64,000 nucleotides of DNA from Deferrisomatales bacterium (GTDB lineage: Bacteria; Desulfobacterota; Deferrisomatia; Deferrisomatales; JACRMM01), in NCBI GenBank assembly GCA_033551855.1, contig JAWSUI010000004.1:57243-121242 (forward strand). The letters run 5' to 3'. The notes under the pieces are model-generated. The model searched no databases and had not been told where the DNA came from. It saw only the letters and a list, made by a program, of their open reading frames with translations. The position numbers and the translations under genes were made by a program. Position 1 is the first letter of the stretch. Each line of letters starts with the position of its first letter. This document shows, in pieces, positions 1 through 8,775 of this stretch.

Positions 1-196
1 CTTTGCCGGGACCGCGGTGTTTGCCCACTTCCACGAGGTGCTGGTGCCGGCCCTGTACCTGCCCACGAGCCTCGGTCCCCTCACCCTGGCCGACTGGCTG
101 GGGTCTCCAGCCCTCGCCACGGGCGTTCTGGCGGTGGGATTCGGCCTGTGTGCCTGGCTGATGGGCTATGTCTGGGGCCGCGGTGAGGAGGGCTGA
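1..196 (+). CDS. 3' end of a membrane protein, possibly YeeE/YedE (sulfur/selenium compound transporter) family; partial
   Basis: Frame 2 reads FAGTAVFAHFHEVLVPALYLPTSLGPLTLADWLGSPALATGVLAVGFGLCAWLMGYVWGRGEEG*; hydrophobic, with a G-x-x-TL-x-D-W-L-G pattern typical of YeeE-like C-termini. Confidence 0.45.
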   Translation, partial: FAGTAVFAHFHEVLVPALYLPTSLGPLTLADWLGSPALATGVLAVGFGLCAWLMGYVWGRGEEG

Positions 197-803
197 CGCA
201 GCCCTCGGCGCCGCTTTGCTGGTTTGTGCGTTCGGCGTCAGCCTGGCGGCGGGGTGCTCGCGGGAACCGGGAGAGGTGCCCGTCTCCGTGCCCCGGGGTT
301 ACGTTCCCCGGCTCGAGCTCTCCTTCGAGGGGCACCAGTACGGCTTCGGGCCCTTCGTGGGGTACTACTTCCGGCCGGACGAACCAGCCGATCTCACCCG
401 CCTGCGCTTCGTCTGCTACAACGAGCGGGGCTTCTACGCGTCGGATGCCCCCGTGAACGCCCTGCTCTACGAGGGGGAGGCGGTGCTGGCGCGGCTGCCC
501 GAGGGGCCCCAGGCGTTGCTCCGGGGCCCCGGGGACCGGATCGAGCCCCTGTTCTTCGATGAGGCGCCCCCGGAATGGCTCGCCACTCGGCCGGAGCCCC
601 AGGAGGAGTTCGTGCACTTCCACTCGGCCTACGACGCCGTCGGCCCGGCCCTGGTGGGGTACTGGCTCCGCCACGTCGCGGTGAGGGGATTCACCTATGA
701 CATGGGGGGGCGCGTGGGTCCGGGGGGGCCCTTGTACCATGCGGTGCCGCCGGGGCCGGACCTGGAGTTCCCCCGCATCATCGAGTTCGACCGGGGGCCG
801 TGA
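168..803 (+). CDS. hypothetical lipoprotein
   Basis: Hydrophobic signal ending in lipobox LAAGC; coding-like composition; overlaps the upstream stop; start may be GTG 183. Confidence 0.7.
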   Translation: MSGAAVRRADAALGAALLVCAFGVSLAAGCSREPGEVPVSVPRGYVPRLELSFEGHQYGFGPFVGYYFRPDEPADLTRLRFVCYNERGFYASDAPVNALLYEGEAVLARLPEGPQALLRGPGDRIEPLFFDEAPPEWLATRPEPQEEFVHFHSAYDAVGPALVGYWLRHVAVRGFTYDMGGRVGPGGPLYHAVPPGPDLEFPRIIEFDRGP

Positions 804-866
804 ACCCCGCCCCGTTCTTCTCCGAGACGGGGGGTCCAGGTTGGTCACGATCCGCCACCAGGTGTT

Positions 867-914
867 CGGGCGGGGCCGGGGAGCGGAGGGGCTCCCCGGC
901 CCCGGCACGTGTCA
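867..914 (+). repeat. Repeat family B, minimal copy (both termini, interior deleted); perfect hairpin
   Basis: cggggccggggagc-ggagg-ggctccccggccccg-gcacgtgtca matches the ends of the copies at 31181 and 46592. Confidence 0.7.
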
Positions 915-981
915 GGCGATGGATCCCGGCGCACCTTGCCTCTTGCGCCGGTGACCCGTCTCCAGGACACTGGCCGCGCCC

Positions 982-2793
982 ATGACTGCCCAGACCCTCC
1001 TCACCTTCGGTATCCTGGCGGCCGCCATCGTTCTCTTTCTGAGCGAACGGGTCCGGGCCGATCTGGTGGCCCTGTGGGTGGTGGCCGCCCTCGGGCTCAC
1101 CGGTGTCCTGAGCCCCCAGCAGGCCTTTTCCGGTTTCGGCAGCCCGGCCGTGGCCATCATCGTCTCCATCTTCGTGCTTGCCGAGGGGCTGCGGGTCACG
1201 GGCCTCACGGATCGGGTCGGCGCGCTTCTTCTCCGCCTCGGGGGACGGGGCGAGGGCCGGCTCGCCTCGGCGGTCATGCTCTCGGGGGCGTTCCTCGCCC
1301 TGTTCATGAACAACACTGCCGCCGCTTCGCTCCTCCTCCCCGCCGCCACCAGCGCGGGACGGTGGGCAGGCGTCTCGGTCTCGCGGCTGCTCATGCCCCT
1401 GGCGTTCGCCACGATTCTCGGGGGCACGGCGACCCTTCTCACGACCAGCAACGTGGTGGTGAGCGACATCCTGCGGGAGCGGGGCTACCGGGGGTACGGG
1501 CTCCTGGACTTCCTCGCCGTGGGCTTGCCCCTGGTAGCCGTGGGCGTGGCCTACATGGCGGTGCTCGGGGTGCGGCTGCTGCCCCGGCACTCCCCGGGCG
1601 AGGCCGAGCGGACCGGACCGCAGGGGGACTTGCTGCAGGTCTACCGCCTTGGCGAGCGGCTGTTCCGCGTCCGCGTCGAGCCGGGTTCCTCCCTTGACGG
1701 CAAGTCCCTGGCCGCGTGCAGCTTTCGGGAGCTCTGCGGGGCCACCGTCGTGGCCGTGGAACGAGGCGGTCGCGTATCCCTCTCCCCGGAGCCGGGGGAG
1801 GTGCTCCGAGGGGGCGATGTCCTTCTCCTGGAGGGGAAGCAGGAGGAGCTCGAGCAGATGGACGGCGAGCATTGCCTCCTCTCCCTGGAGGCGGCCGCAC
1901 CCCCGGCGGAACACCTGGAGTCCTCGACCGTGGCGGTGGTGGAGGCCGTGCTCTCCCCCCGGTCCGCCCTGATCGGCCAGACCCTGGCGGGGGCACACTT
2001 CCGGGAGAAGTACGGCATGACCGTGCTGGCCCTCTGGCGGGCGGGCAAGCCCACCCGCACCGGCCTCCGGGACCTGGAGCTGCGCTTCGGCGACGCCCTC
2101 CTGCTCCAGGGCCCCCGGGAGCGGATCCCGGTGCTGCGGTCGGACCCGGACCTGATCCTCCTGGAATCGGGGGTGGCCGAGCCCCGCAGGCCCGAGAAGG
2201 CCCCCCTGGCCCTGCTGATCATGGGCGCGACGCTGCTCTGCCTGCTCCTGGGGTGGCCGTCACCGGCCCTGGCGGTGTTGGCCGGGGCCCTGTGCATGAT
2301 CCTGGCGCGGGTCCTCCCGGCCGACCTGGCGTACCAGGCCATCGAGTGGCGCGTGATCTTCCTGATGGCGGGGATGTTGCCGATCTCCACGGCCATGGTG
2401 GAGAGCGGCGCTGCACAATTGTTGGCGGAGGGGATCGTGCGGGGTCTCGGGGGCGCCGGCCCCCTGGCAGTGGCAATGGGGGCGTTCGGCCTGTCGGCCC
2501 TCCTAGTGCAGACCATGAGCGGGGTTGCGGTGGCGGCGGTGGTGGCCCCCGTGGCCATCCTCGCGGCGGACACCCTGGGGCTGGACCCTCGGGCGATGGG
2601 CATGGCGGTGGTCCTGGGAAGCTCCATGGCCTTCGTGACTCCCCTCGGCCACCCGGTCAACCTCCTGGTCATGGGCCCCGGAGGCTATCGGTTTCGTGAC
2701 TTCCTCAAGGTGGGGCTCCCCCTGACCCTGCTGCTGTTCGCCGTGGTGGCGGCCCTGCTGCCCGTCGTCTGGCCCCTGCGCGGGGCACCTTGA
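982..2793 (+). CDS. SLC13/CitMHS-like permease with two TrkA-C (RCK_C) domains
   Basis: Multi-TM N- and C-termini; FMNN, TPLGHPVNLLVMGPGGYRFRDF motifs; two central TrkA-C-like repeats. Confidence 0.9.
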   Translation: MTAQTLLTFGILAAAIVLFLSERVRADLVALWVVAALGLTGVLSPQQAFSGFGSPAVAIIVSIFVLAEGLRVTGLTDRVGALLLRLGGRGEGRLASAVMLSGAFLALFMNNTAAASLLLPAATSAGRWAGVSVSRLLMPLAFATILGGTATLLTTSNVVVSDILRERGYRGYGLLDFLAVGLPLVAVGVAYMAVLGVRLLPRHSPGEAERTGPQGDLLQVYRLGERLFRVRVEPGSSLDGKSLAACSFRELCGATVVAVERGGRVSLSPEPGEVLRGGDVLLLEGKQEELEQMDGEHCLLSLEAAAPPAEHLESSTVAVVEAVLSPRSALIGQTLAGAHFREKYGMTVLALWRAGKPTRTGLRDLELRFGDALLLQGPRERIPVLRSDPDLILLESGVAEPRRPEKAPLALLIMGATLLCLLLGWPSPALAVLAGALCMILARVLPADLAYQAIEWRVIFLMAGMLPISTAMVESGAAQLLAEGIVRGLGGAGPLAVAMGAFGLSALLVQTMSGVAVAAVVAPVAILAADTLGLDPRAMGMAVVLGSSMAFVTPLGHPVNLLVMGPGGYRFRDFLKVGLPLTLLLFAVVAALLPVVWPLRGAP

Positions 2794-2881
2794 CCGACAC
2801 GGGCCGGGGGCTCCCCGACCCCGAGCACGTTCCAAGTGGTGAATCCAGGTTCATCCCTCGGGTTGACCCCGGGTCAGCACC

Positions 2882-4597
2882 TCACACGATCCAGAGTCCT
2901 CGGGTGAACCGGGGGTCAGGCACCTCGTCCACCGCCAGGTGGCCGAACTCCTCCTCGAGAAGCCAGAAGCACCCGCCCACGAATTCCCGGAGGTGGCCCT
3001 CTTCCGAGGGGGTGAGGTCGCCGGCCGCCTTCGCCCACTCCACTGCCGTGTCGTCGAGGCCGGGCTTGACCCGGCGAGGGGGGGTCTCCGAGGCCCACAC
3101 CCGGGAGAGCCCCTGCCGTACATCGTTCCGGGGGATGGGAGCGAAGCGGAAGGAACGCTCCAGGGCGGCATTCACGAGCGCCGTCAGGAACACCGTGCTG
3201 CCTTTGAGGTTCTCGGTCTCGACTCCGACCCGGGCCTCCTTGAGGTCGCCCAGGTGCAGCTCCACGATGCTGAGCAGGAAACGCCCCAGAAAGTCCGCCT
3301 GGTCTACGGTCCTCTCGGCCCGCCGCACTTCCCCGAGGGCCCGGAAGGGTCTGTAGGGCGGAGTCTCTCCCTCCCCGGCGTACCAGAGGGGATGGACCCG
3401 GAGCAGTCCCTCCAGCACCTCGGGCAGAGGGGAATCCAGGAAGAGAAGGCGCTCCTTGTGGCCCTGGGGCCAACCCTTTTCGAACAGGCCCCGGGCCCTG
3501 CCCCTCAGCGCCCGGATGGGGCCCCAGCCGGCCTGGAAGAGGTGCTGGAGCCAGTGTTCCTCCAGGGCCCGGGCGGCCGCTGCCTCGTCGAGATCGCACA
3601 GGGACTCCAGGCCGACGGAGACATAGGAGCTCACCTTTCGCAGCGCCGCCTGGAAGGAGCCCAGGTCGTCCAGGTCGAGCCGATCCGCGACCGCCACCTT
3701 GTTGGTGAGATAGGCGAGATCGGACCAGAGGCCGTCCAGGGTCGGTCCCGGGGGGACGTGCCGCAGGGCGTGCAGGAAGACGTCGGGTGTCGCGTCGGGA
3801 AGGGCGACGGGATACCGGGGGGGGGCCGCCGGCGGCTCGTCCGAGTCCCGCTTGGGGTCCCTGGGGCGACGGGGCAGCTCGTCGGCGGTCGACGCCCGGA
3901 GGGGGGCGTAGACCTCCAGGGCCTCCTCCCGCGGAGGAAATCCTCGAAGGGCCAGCCGCCGCTGGCGCTCCTGGTACTCCGCTTCCTCGAGCTCCGAGTC
4001 CAGGTCGCGCATGAGCGCCTCCACCAAGCGGGCATAGCGGTCGGGATCCGTATCGCGGACGATTCGCAACAGGTCTCGCACCAACGGCTCGGCCTCGGGG
4101 GACGTGGCAATGTAGTACCGGCCCTCCAGGGTGAAGGGTGCTCTGCCCGGCAGCTCCTGAAAGGGATCCCGCTCCTCGTCCGCGAGGTGCACGGCGGCGA
4201 CGCTGCCCAAGAGGAGCACCCACGTGGCGAGGTCCAGGCGCTGGAGCCATCGGCCCAGGGCTTCCTCCCCGCAGGAGTGGAGGCGCCCGAGCCACGGGAG
4301 GACGCGCTCCCTGCGGATCCGATCCCCCTTCCAGAGCTCCAGGTCCAGGACGAGCTCCACCTGTTCGGTGCGCGCGTGGCGCAGCACGTCGGGGACGTTG
4401 TCCGCGTCGAGCTCCTTGAGGGTGAAGTAGAGCTCCTCGGGGGGCATGAGACCGACCACGGCTCCGAGGTTGCTCGAAACCAGGAGGCGGTCTTCGCGTT
4501 CGTGCCCGCGCACCGAGAGCACCGCGTCGATCTCCCGCCGCAGCGGCGTTGGCGTGGGCGAGGGGAAAACGGGTCGGGGCCGGGGGTGGTGAGGCAT
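2882..4597 (-). CDS. conserved hypothetical protein (DUF6178-like)
   Basis: Long ORF with coding-like composition; PEELYFTLKE...LDLELW, RRLALRGFP motifs resemble the deltaproteobacterial DUF6178 family; start chosen at ATG 4597. Confidence 0.7.
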   Translation of the reverse strand: MPHHPRPRPVFPSPTPTPLRREIDAVLSVRGHEREDRLLVSSNLGAVVGLMPPEELYFTLKELDADNVPDVLRHARTEQVELVLDLELWKGDRIRRERVLPWLGRLHSCGEEALGRWLQRLDLATWVLLLGSVAAVHLADEERDPFQELPGRAPFTLEGRYYIATSPEAEPLVRDLLRIVRDTDPDRYARLVEALMRDLDSELEEAEYQERQRRLALRGFPPREEALEVYAPLRASTADELPRRPRDPKRDSDEPPAAPPRYPVALPDATPDVFLHALRHVPPGPTLDGLWSDLAYLTNKVAVADRLDLDDLGSFQAALRKVSSYVSVGLESLCDLDEAAAARALEEHWLQHLFQAGWGPIRALRGRARGLFEKGWPQGHKERLLFLDSPLPEVLEGLLRVHPLWYAGEGETPPYRPFRALGEVRRAERTVDQADFLGRFLLSIVELHLGDLKEARVGVETENLKGSTVFLTALVNAALERSFRFAPIPRNDVRQGLSRVWASETPPRRVKPGLDDTAVEWAKAAGDLTPSEEGHLREFVGGCFWLLEEEFGHLAVDEVPDPRFTRGLWIV

Positions 4598-4700
4598 GGA
4601 GCGGGCCTCCGTCGGATGGCGGGTTGGGCGGGGGGCGCCGCAAGGGTAGCACGGCTTCCGCGACTCCTTCCAGGCGCGGAAGCCTCCCGGAGTCCCCGCC

Positions 4701-4752
4701 TGACACGTGGTCGGAGCCGGGGAGCCCTCGGCTTCGCCCCGCAATCCGCGGC
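4701..4752 (-). repeat. Repeat family B terminal fragment
   Basis: tgacacgtggtcggagccggggagccctcggcttcgccccgcaatccgcggc is similar to the start of the 46592 copy. Confidence 0.7.
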
Positions 4753-4756
4753 CTCT

Positions 4757-4885
4757 GGCCTCCCACTCACCCGCTTCCCTCATCTCCCTCCCCCATCGGG
4801 GGAGGGCCGGGGTGGGGGCCTCCCACTCATCCCGCTTCCCTAGTCTCCCTCCCCCATCGGGGGAGGGCCGGGGTGGGGGCCTCCC
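4757..4885. repeat. Two tandem ~60-bp REP-like units with palindrome ccctcccccatcgggggaggg
   Basis: Units 4757-4816 and 4817-4877 are nearly identical; a related palindrome lies at ~22080-22113. Confidence 0.8.
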
Positions 4886-4996
4886 GGTCCCGCCCGAACA
4901 GTTGGTGGTGGATCTTGGGCCTCCTGGAAGGTCCGTTGCGCAAGGGAACGGCAGAGCGCTGCGGTTGCGGGCAGGGAAGCCTGTTGCGTAGGATGG

Positions 4997-6550
4997 GTGC
5001 CGACCCCGGAGAGGAGGTGTGCGGTGATCCCAGGGAGGCGACTAGGTGCGTCAACCGTTCTAGCGCTCGCGGCGGCGTTCGGTTTCCTGCTGGAAACCGG
5101 CTCGGCCGGCGCATCGCCGGCCCCGAGTCTGGAGGGTCGGGTCGCGGAGCGGCGGCTGGCCAACGGCCTGACTGTCCTCGTGCTCCCCCGTCCGGCTTCC
5201 CCGACGGTCAGTCTGCAGATGACCTTCCGGGTGGGGGGGGTGGACGAGCCGGCAGGCCAGACGGGTACCGCACACCTGCTGGAGCACATGCTCTTCAAAG
5301 GAACCCGGACCCTGGGCACGGTGGACTGGAAGCGCGAGGAGCCCCTCCTGGCCCGGATCGAGGCCGTCGGGCGGGAGCTGGACGCCGAGCGCCGGCGGGG
5401 CCGTGCAGCGGACGCCTCCCGGCTGGAGGAGCTCGCCGCCCGGCTGGAGGAGCTCCAGCGGGATCACCGGCCGCTGGTGGTGAAGGACGAAATCGACGCC
5501 ATCTACGCGCGCCACGGTGCCGTGGGGTTCAACGCGTCCACGAGCGCCGACCTCACGAGCTACACCGTGAGCCTGCCCTCGGACCGGCTCGAGCTCTGGG
5601 CCGCCATCGAGGCGGCGCGCATGGGGGACCCCGTGCTGCGGGAGTACTACGTGGAGCGGGAGGTCGTGCAGGAGGAGCGGGCCCAGCGATTCGGGGGGGA
5701 CCCGGGCGGCCGCCTCTACGAAGCCCTCCTGTCCGCGGCCTTTGCCGCGCACCCCTATGGAAATCCGGTGATCGGGTGGCCCTCGGATCTCGCCGTGCTC
5801 GACATCGAAGACACGCATTCCTTCTATCGGCGGTACTACGGGCCCGACAACTGCGTGATCGCCGCCGTGGGGGACGTGGAGCCCGACGGGTTCTTCGCCC
5901 TGGTGGAACGGTATTTCGGGGGGATTCCGGCGCGGGGAGTCGGCCGGGCGCACCGGACCGAGGAGCCGCCCCAGACGGGACCCAGGCGGGTGGAAGTCAC
6001 CTTCGATGCCGAGCCGCGCTTGGCGGTGGGGTTCCACAAGCCCACCCTGCCGGAGCGGGACGACTACGTCTTCGACGTCATCGCGGGTGTGCTGTCCGAC
6101 GGGCGCAGCTCCCGCCTGGTGCGCGAGCTCGTCGACCGCAAGCGCGTGGCCGCCGCGGTTCGGGCCGTGAACGGGATTCCCGGCGCTCGCTACCCGAACC
6201 TTTTTGCCGTGTTCCTGACCCCCCTCGCCCACGTGACCCCCGAAGAGGCCGAGGAGGCCCTGCTCGAGGAGCTCCGGCGGCTGGCGGAGGAGCCGCCTTC
6301 CCCCGAGGAGATCTCCCGGGTCGTCCGCCGGCTCGAGGCCGCCCGGGTGCGGTCGCTGGTGTCCAATGCGGCCCTCGCGCGGCAGTTGGCGTACTTCCAG
6401 GCGGTGGCGGGGGACTGGCGCTACCTGGAGGAGCACGCGGCGGTCTTGGCCGGAGTGACGCCCGAGGAGGTGGCTGCGGCGGCCCGGACCTACCTGACGG
6501 CGGCGAACCGCACCGTGGCCGTTCTCCGGGGCGAAGGGGGCGGCTCGTGA
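4997..6550 (+). CDS. M16 family (pitrilysin-like) zinc peptidase, catalytic subunit
   Basis: Inverted zinc motif HLLEH, NASTSxDxT, HPYGNPVIGW; signal peptide; start uncertain. Confidence 0.9.
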   Translation: MPTPERRCAVIPGRRLGASTVLALAAAFGFLLETGSAGASPAPSLEGRVAERRLANGLTVLVLPRPASPTVSLQMTFRVGGVDEPAGQTGTAHLLEHMLFKGTRTLGTVDWKREEPLLARIEAVGRELDAERRRGRAADASRLEELAARLEELQRDHRPLVVKDEIDAIYARHGAVGFNASTSADLTSYTVSLPSDRLELWAAIEAARMGDPVLREYYVEREVVQEERAQRFGGDPGGRLYEALLSAAFAAHPYGNPVIGWPSDLAVLDIEDTHSFYRRYYGPDNCVIAAVGDVEPDGFFALVERYFGGIPARGVGRAHRTEEPPQTGPRRVEVTFDAEPRLAVGFHKPTLPERDDYVFDVIAGVLSDGRSSRLVRELVDRKRVAAAVRAVNGIPGARYPNLFAVFLTPLAHVTPEEAEEALLEELRRLAEEPPSPEEISRVVRRLEAARVRSLVSNAALARQLAYFQAVAGDWRYLEEHAAVLAGVTPEEVAAAARTYLTAANRTVAVLRGEGGGS

Positions 6551-7977
6551 GGCCCCGGCGGGTCGCGCCGCGGGCAGGGGGGGTGCGCCTCGGGGCGGTG
6601 ATCCTCGCCCTGGGGGTCCTGGCCTGGGGCTGCGGTGGTGGGCGAGGCCTGGATCCACGGACGGCGCGGTTCCCCGGGCCGGAGCACCGCTCCCCCCCGC
6701 TGGTGGAGGCCGTGCTTTCCGGGGGTGCGCCGGTCTTCCTCCTCGAGGATCGAGCCGTGCCCCTGGTACGGGTCTACGCCGTGTTCCGGGGTGGGAGCCT
6801 CTACGATCCCGCGGCCCGGGCGGGGCTCGCGGCCGTTGCGTCCCTCACCTGGCGGACCGGCGGTGCCGGGGAGCTCTCCCCGGAGGCGGTCGACGAGGCC
6901 CTCGAGGACCGGGCGATCGCTCTCGACCTCGGGATGGGCCGGGAGAGCGGGTGGGCAACCCTGTCGGTCCTGCCGGGGGACCTGGAGCGGGGCTTGGAGC
7001 TCCTCTCGCTCCTCCTTTTCGAGCCCGCCTTCGCGGAGGAGCGGTTTGCCTGGGCGGTGGGCCAGGTCGGCGAGGGCATTCGTCGGGAAACGGACTCCCC
7101 AAGGGAACTGGCCTTTCGCGAGCTCCGTCGTGGCCTGTACCCCGGCCACCCCCGGGGAGTGGTCCCCACGCTGGAGACCATCGGGCGCGTGACCCGGGAC
7201 GACGTGGTGGGCCTGCACCGGCGTCTGCTGGGGGAGGGGGCCTGGGCCCTCGGCGCCGTGGGGGACTTCGAGGGGAGCGAGCTGCTGGGGCGCCTCGAGG
7301 CCCGTCTCGGGTCGCTTCCGGGGAGCGGTGGGGGGTTCCCCCCCGTACCCGTGCCCGCGGAGCCGGAGCCGCGCACCGTGCTCGTGCCGCGGCCGCTGCC
7401 CCAGGCCACGGTCCTCTGGGCCCGCCTGGGTCCGGGGCGCCTGAGCCCGGACTTCCATCCCCTGGACCTGGCGGATCACCTCCTGGGGTCCGGCGGGTTC
7501 TCGTCGCGGCTGATGCGGGACGTGCGCTCGGATCGCGGGCTGGCCTACAGCGTTGGGAGCTTCTACCAGGCCCTGCCCGATTTCGGCGTGCTCGGCGTTC
7601 ACGCCGCCACCCGGGTGGCGGCGGTGGGACAGGTCGTGGACCTGCTCCGCTCCATCCCCCGCGAGGCCTCCCGGGAGGGGTTCCCGGACGAGGAGGTGGC
7701 CGCGGCGCGGGAGGCCCTGGTGAATCGCCATGTATTCCGGTACGAGGATCCCGCGAGCGTCGTCCGGGAGCGTCTCGGCCTGCTCCTGGACGGCCTCCCC
7801 CCCGACCTGCCGGCCCGCTACCCGGAGGGGGTGCAGGCCGTGGAGGCGCGGGCTGCGAGCGCCGCGGCGGCCGCCTTCGATCTGGACGCGGGCGTGCTCG
7901 TGGTGGTGGGCGATGTGGACCCGACGGACCCGCGGTGGGCCGGCAGGGGTCCGGTGGAGGTGGTGACGGTGCCGTGA
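6547..7977 (+). CDS. M16 family peptidase, non-catalytic partner subunit (probable lipoprotein)
   Basis: GTGA overlap with the previous gene; LAWGC lipobox; LGSGGFSSRLMRDVRSDRGLAYSV motif; no HxxEH. Confidence 0.85.
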   Translation: MRPRRVAPRAGGVRLGAVILALGVLAWGCGGGRGLDPRTARFPGPEHRSPPLVEAVLSGGAPVFLLEDRAVPLVRVYAVFRGGSLYDPAARAGLAAVASLTWRTGGAGELSPEAVDEALEDRAIALDLGMGRESGWATLSVLPGDLERGLELLSLLLFEPAFAEERFAWAVGQVGEGIRRETDSPRELAFRELRRGLYPGHPRGVVPTLETIGRVTRDDVVGLHRRLLGEGAWALGAVGDFEGSELLGRLEARLGSLPGSGGGFPPVPVPAEPEPRTVLVPRPLPQATVLWARLGPGRLSPDFHPLDLADHLLGSGGFSSRLMRDVRSDRGLAYSVGSFYQALPDFGVLGVHAATRVAAVGQVVDLLRSIPREASREGFPDEEVAAAREALVNRHVFRYEDPASVVRERLGLLLDGLPPDLPARYPEGVQAVEARAASAAAAAFDLDAGVLVVVGDVDPTDPRWAGRGPVEVVTVP

Positions 7978-8004
7978 GGGGGGCCTCGTCCGCTGTCGGC
8001 GCGG

Positions 8005-8175
8005 GAACGACGTGGCGGTGGCCGCGAGCACGAAGACCCACATCGGGATCTGGCGGCCGGCGATGAAGTAGTCCGAGGCGGTCTTGGCCTTGAAGTAGCC
8101 CTTGATGCCCCAGAACAGGCAGTAGGCCCAGTAGATGGCCACGAAGACGAACAACCAGAATACGCTAGCTTCCAT
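8005..8175 (-). pseudogene. Truncated duplicate of the first 57 codons of the sodium:solute symporter
   Basis: 8005-8195 matches 10582-10772 with 9 mismatches over 191 bp (hand count), RBS included; homology ends abruptly after ATATSF. Confidence 0.85.
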
Positions 8176-8343
8176 GGATGGGTTCCCTCCTCAAGCGTCG
8201 GTTTGCCAACAGGGGCTGCGCCTGCAGGGCTTCTCCTTTCTCCCCGGCGCCTCGGGCATGGGCGTTTCATCGTACGAAAACGCTTCGCGCCTCCTGAAAA
8301 AACGAACGCGTATGATCCGAAAGACGTAGGCGCGAGTGCGCGG

Positions 8344-8372
8344 AGTCTAGAACACGGTCTCGGTGGCGTCAA
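8344..8372 (-). promoter_or_regulatory. sigma70-like promoter for the truncated SSS copy
   Basis: TTGACG-N17-TAGACT on the minus strand. Confidence 0.6.
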
Positions 8373-8422
8373 GCAACATTTCTCGACGTCCTCCCGGGGC
8401 CTGCGCGCCCTTGGTTTCCGTG

Positions 8423-8537
8423 CCCGGCGAACCGGCGTCAGAGGCCCGCTCCTGCCGGCAAGAGAACGCCGGGGTGCACGGGGGGCGCTCCCGCGCCGCG
8501 TCCGGAATCCTCCCGATATTTCGGCTCCCGAAGCAGC
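8423..8537 (-). repeat. Diverged half-copy of repeat family A
   Basis: cgccgcgtccggaatcctcccgatatttcggctcccgaagcagc and its upstream bases align with 57547-57660. Confidence 0.6.
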
Positions 8538-8546
8538 AGTGGTTGC

Positions 8547-8567
8547 GGTGGGCGGTGCCCACCCTAC
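8547..8567 (-). repeat. GTAG-type REP-like palindrome
   Basis: Reverse complement GTAGGGTGGGCACCGCCCACC (GTAG foot plus short hairpin). Confidence 0.55.
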
Positions 8568-8654
8568 GGGTCCTCGTCCCCCGTCGGCGCGGTGCGGGTG
8601 CTTCACGGGGTCACGGGGGTCGACATGCCCTCCGGGGCGATTCACGCCCCTTCT

Positions 8655-8699
8655 CCGCTCCCCGCTCCCCGCTCCCTGCTCCCCGACCCCCGACCCCCG
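8655..8699. repeat. Short heptamer tandem repeat (cgctccc/cgacccc)
   Basis: ccgctccccgctccccgctccctgctccccgacccccgacccccg. Confidence 0.6.
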
Positions 8700-8775
8700 T
8701 CTTCGCACGCAAAGGGAGAGGCGGCCCCGAAGGGCCGCCTCTCGACGTGCTGCGCTCGAAGTGCCGGATGCCGGG

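Noticed and set aside
4757..4885. Possible mini CRISPR array
   Set aside because: Only two units, the whole unit repeats with no unique spacers, and no cas genes are present
4549..6546. 1142-aa ORF as one large peptidase
   Set aside because: The first ~660 aa are an alternative frame over the catalytic M16 gene; the real start is near 6547
6490..8175. 561-aa ORF as a real fusion protein
   Set aside because: After codon 57 it is the antisense shadow of the M16 gene with low-complexity composition
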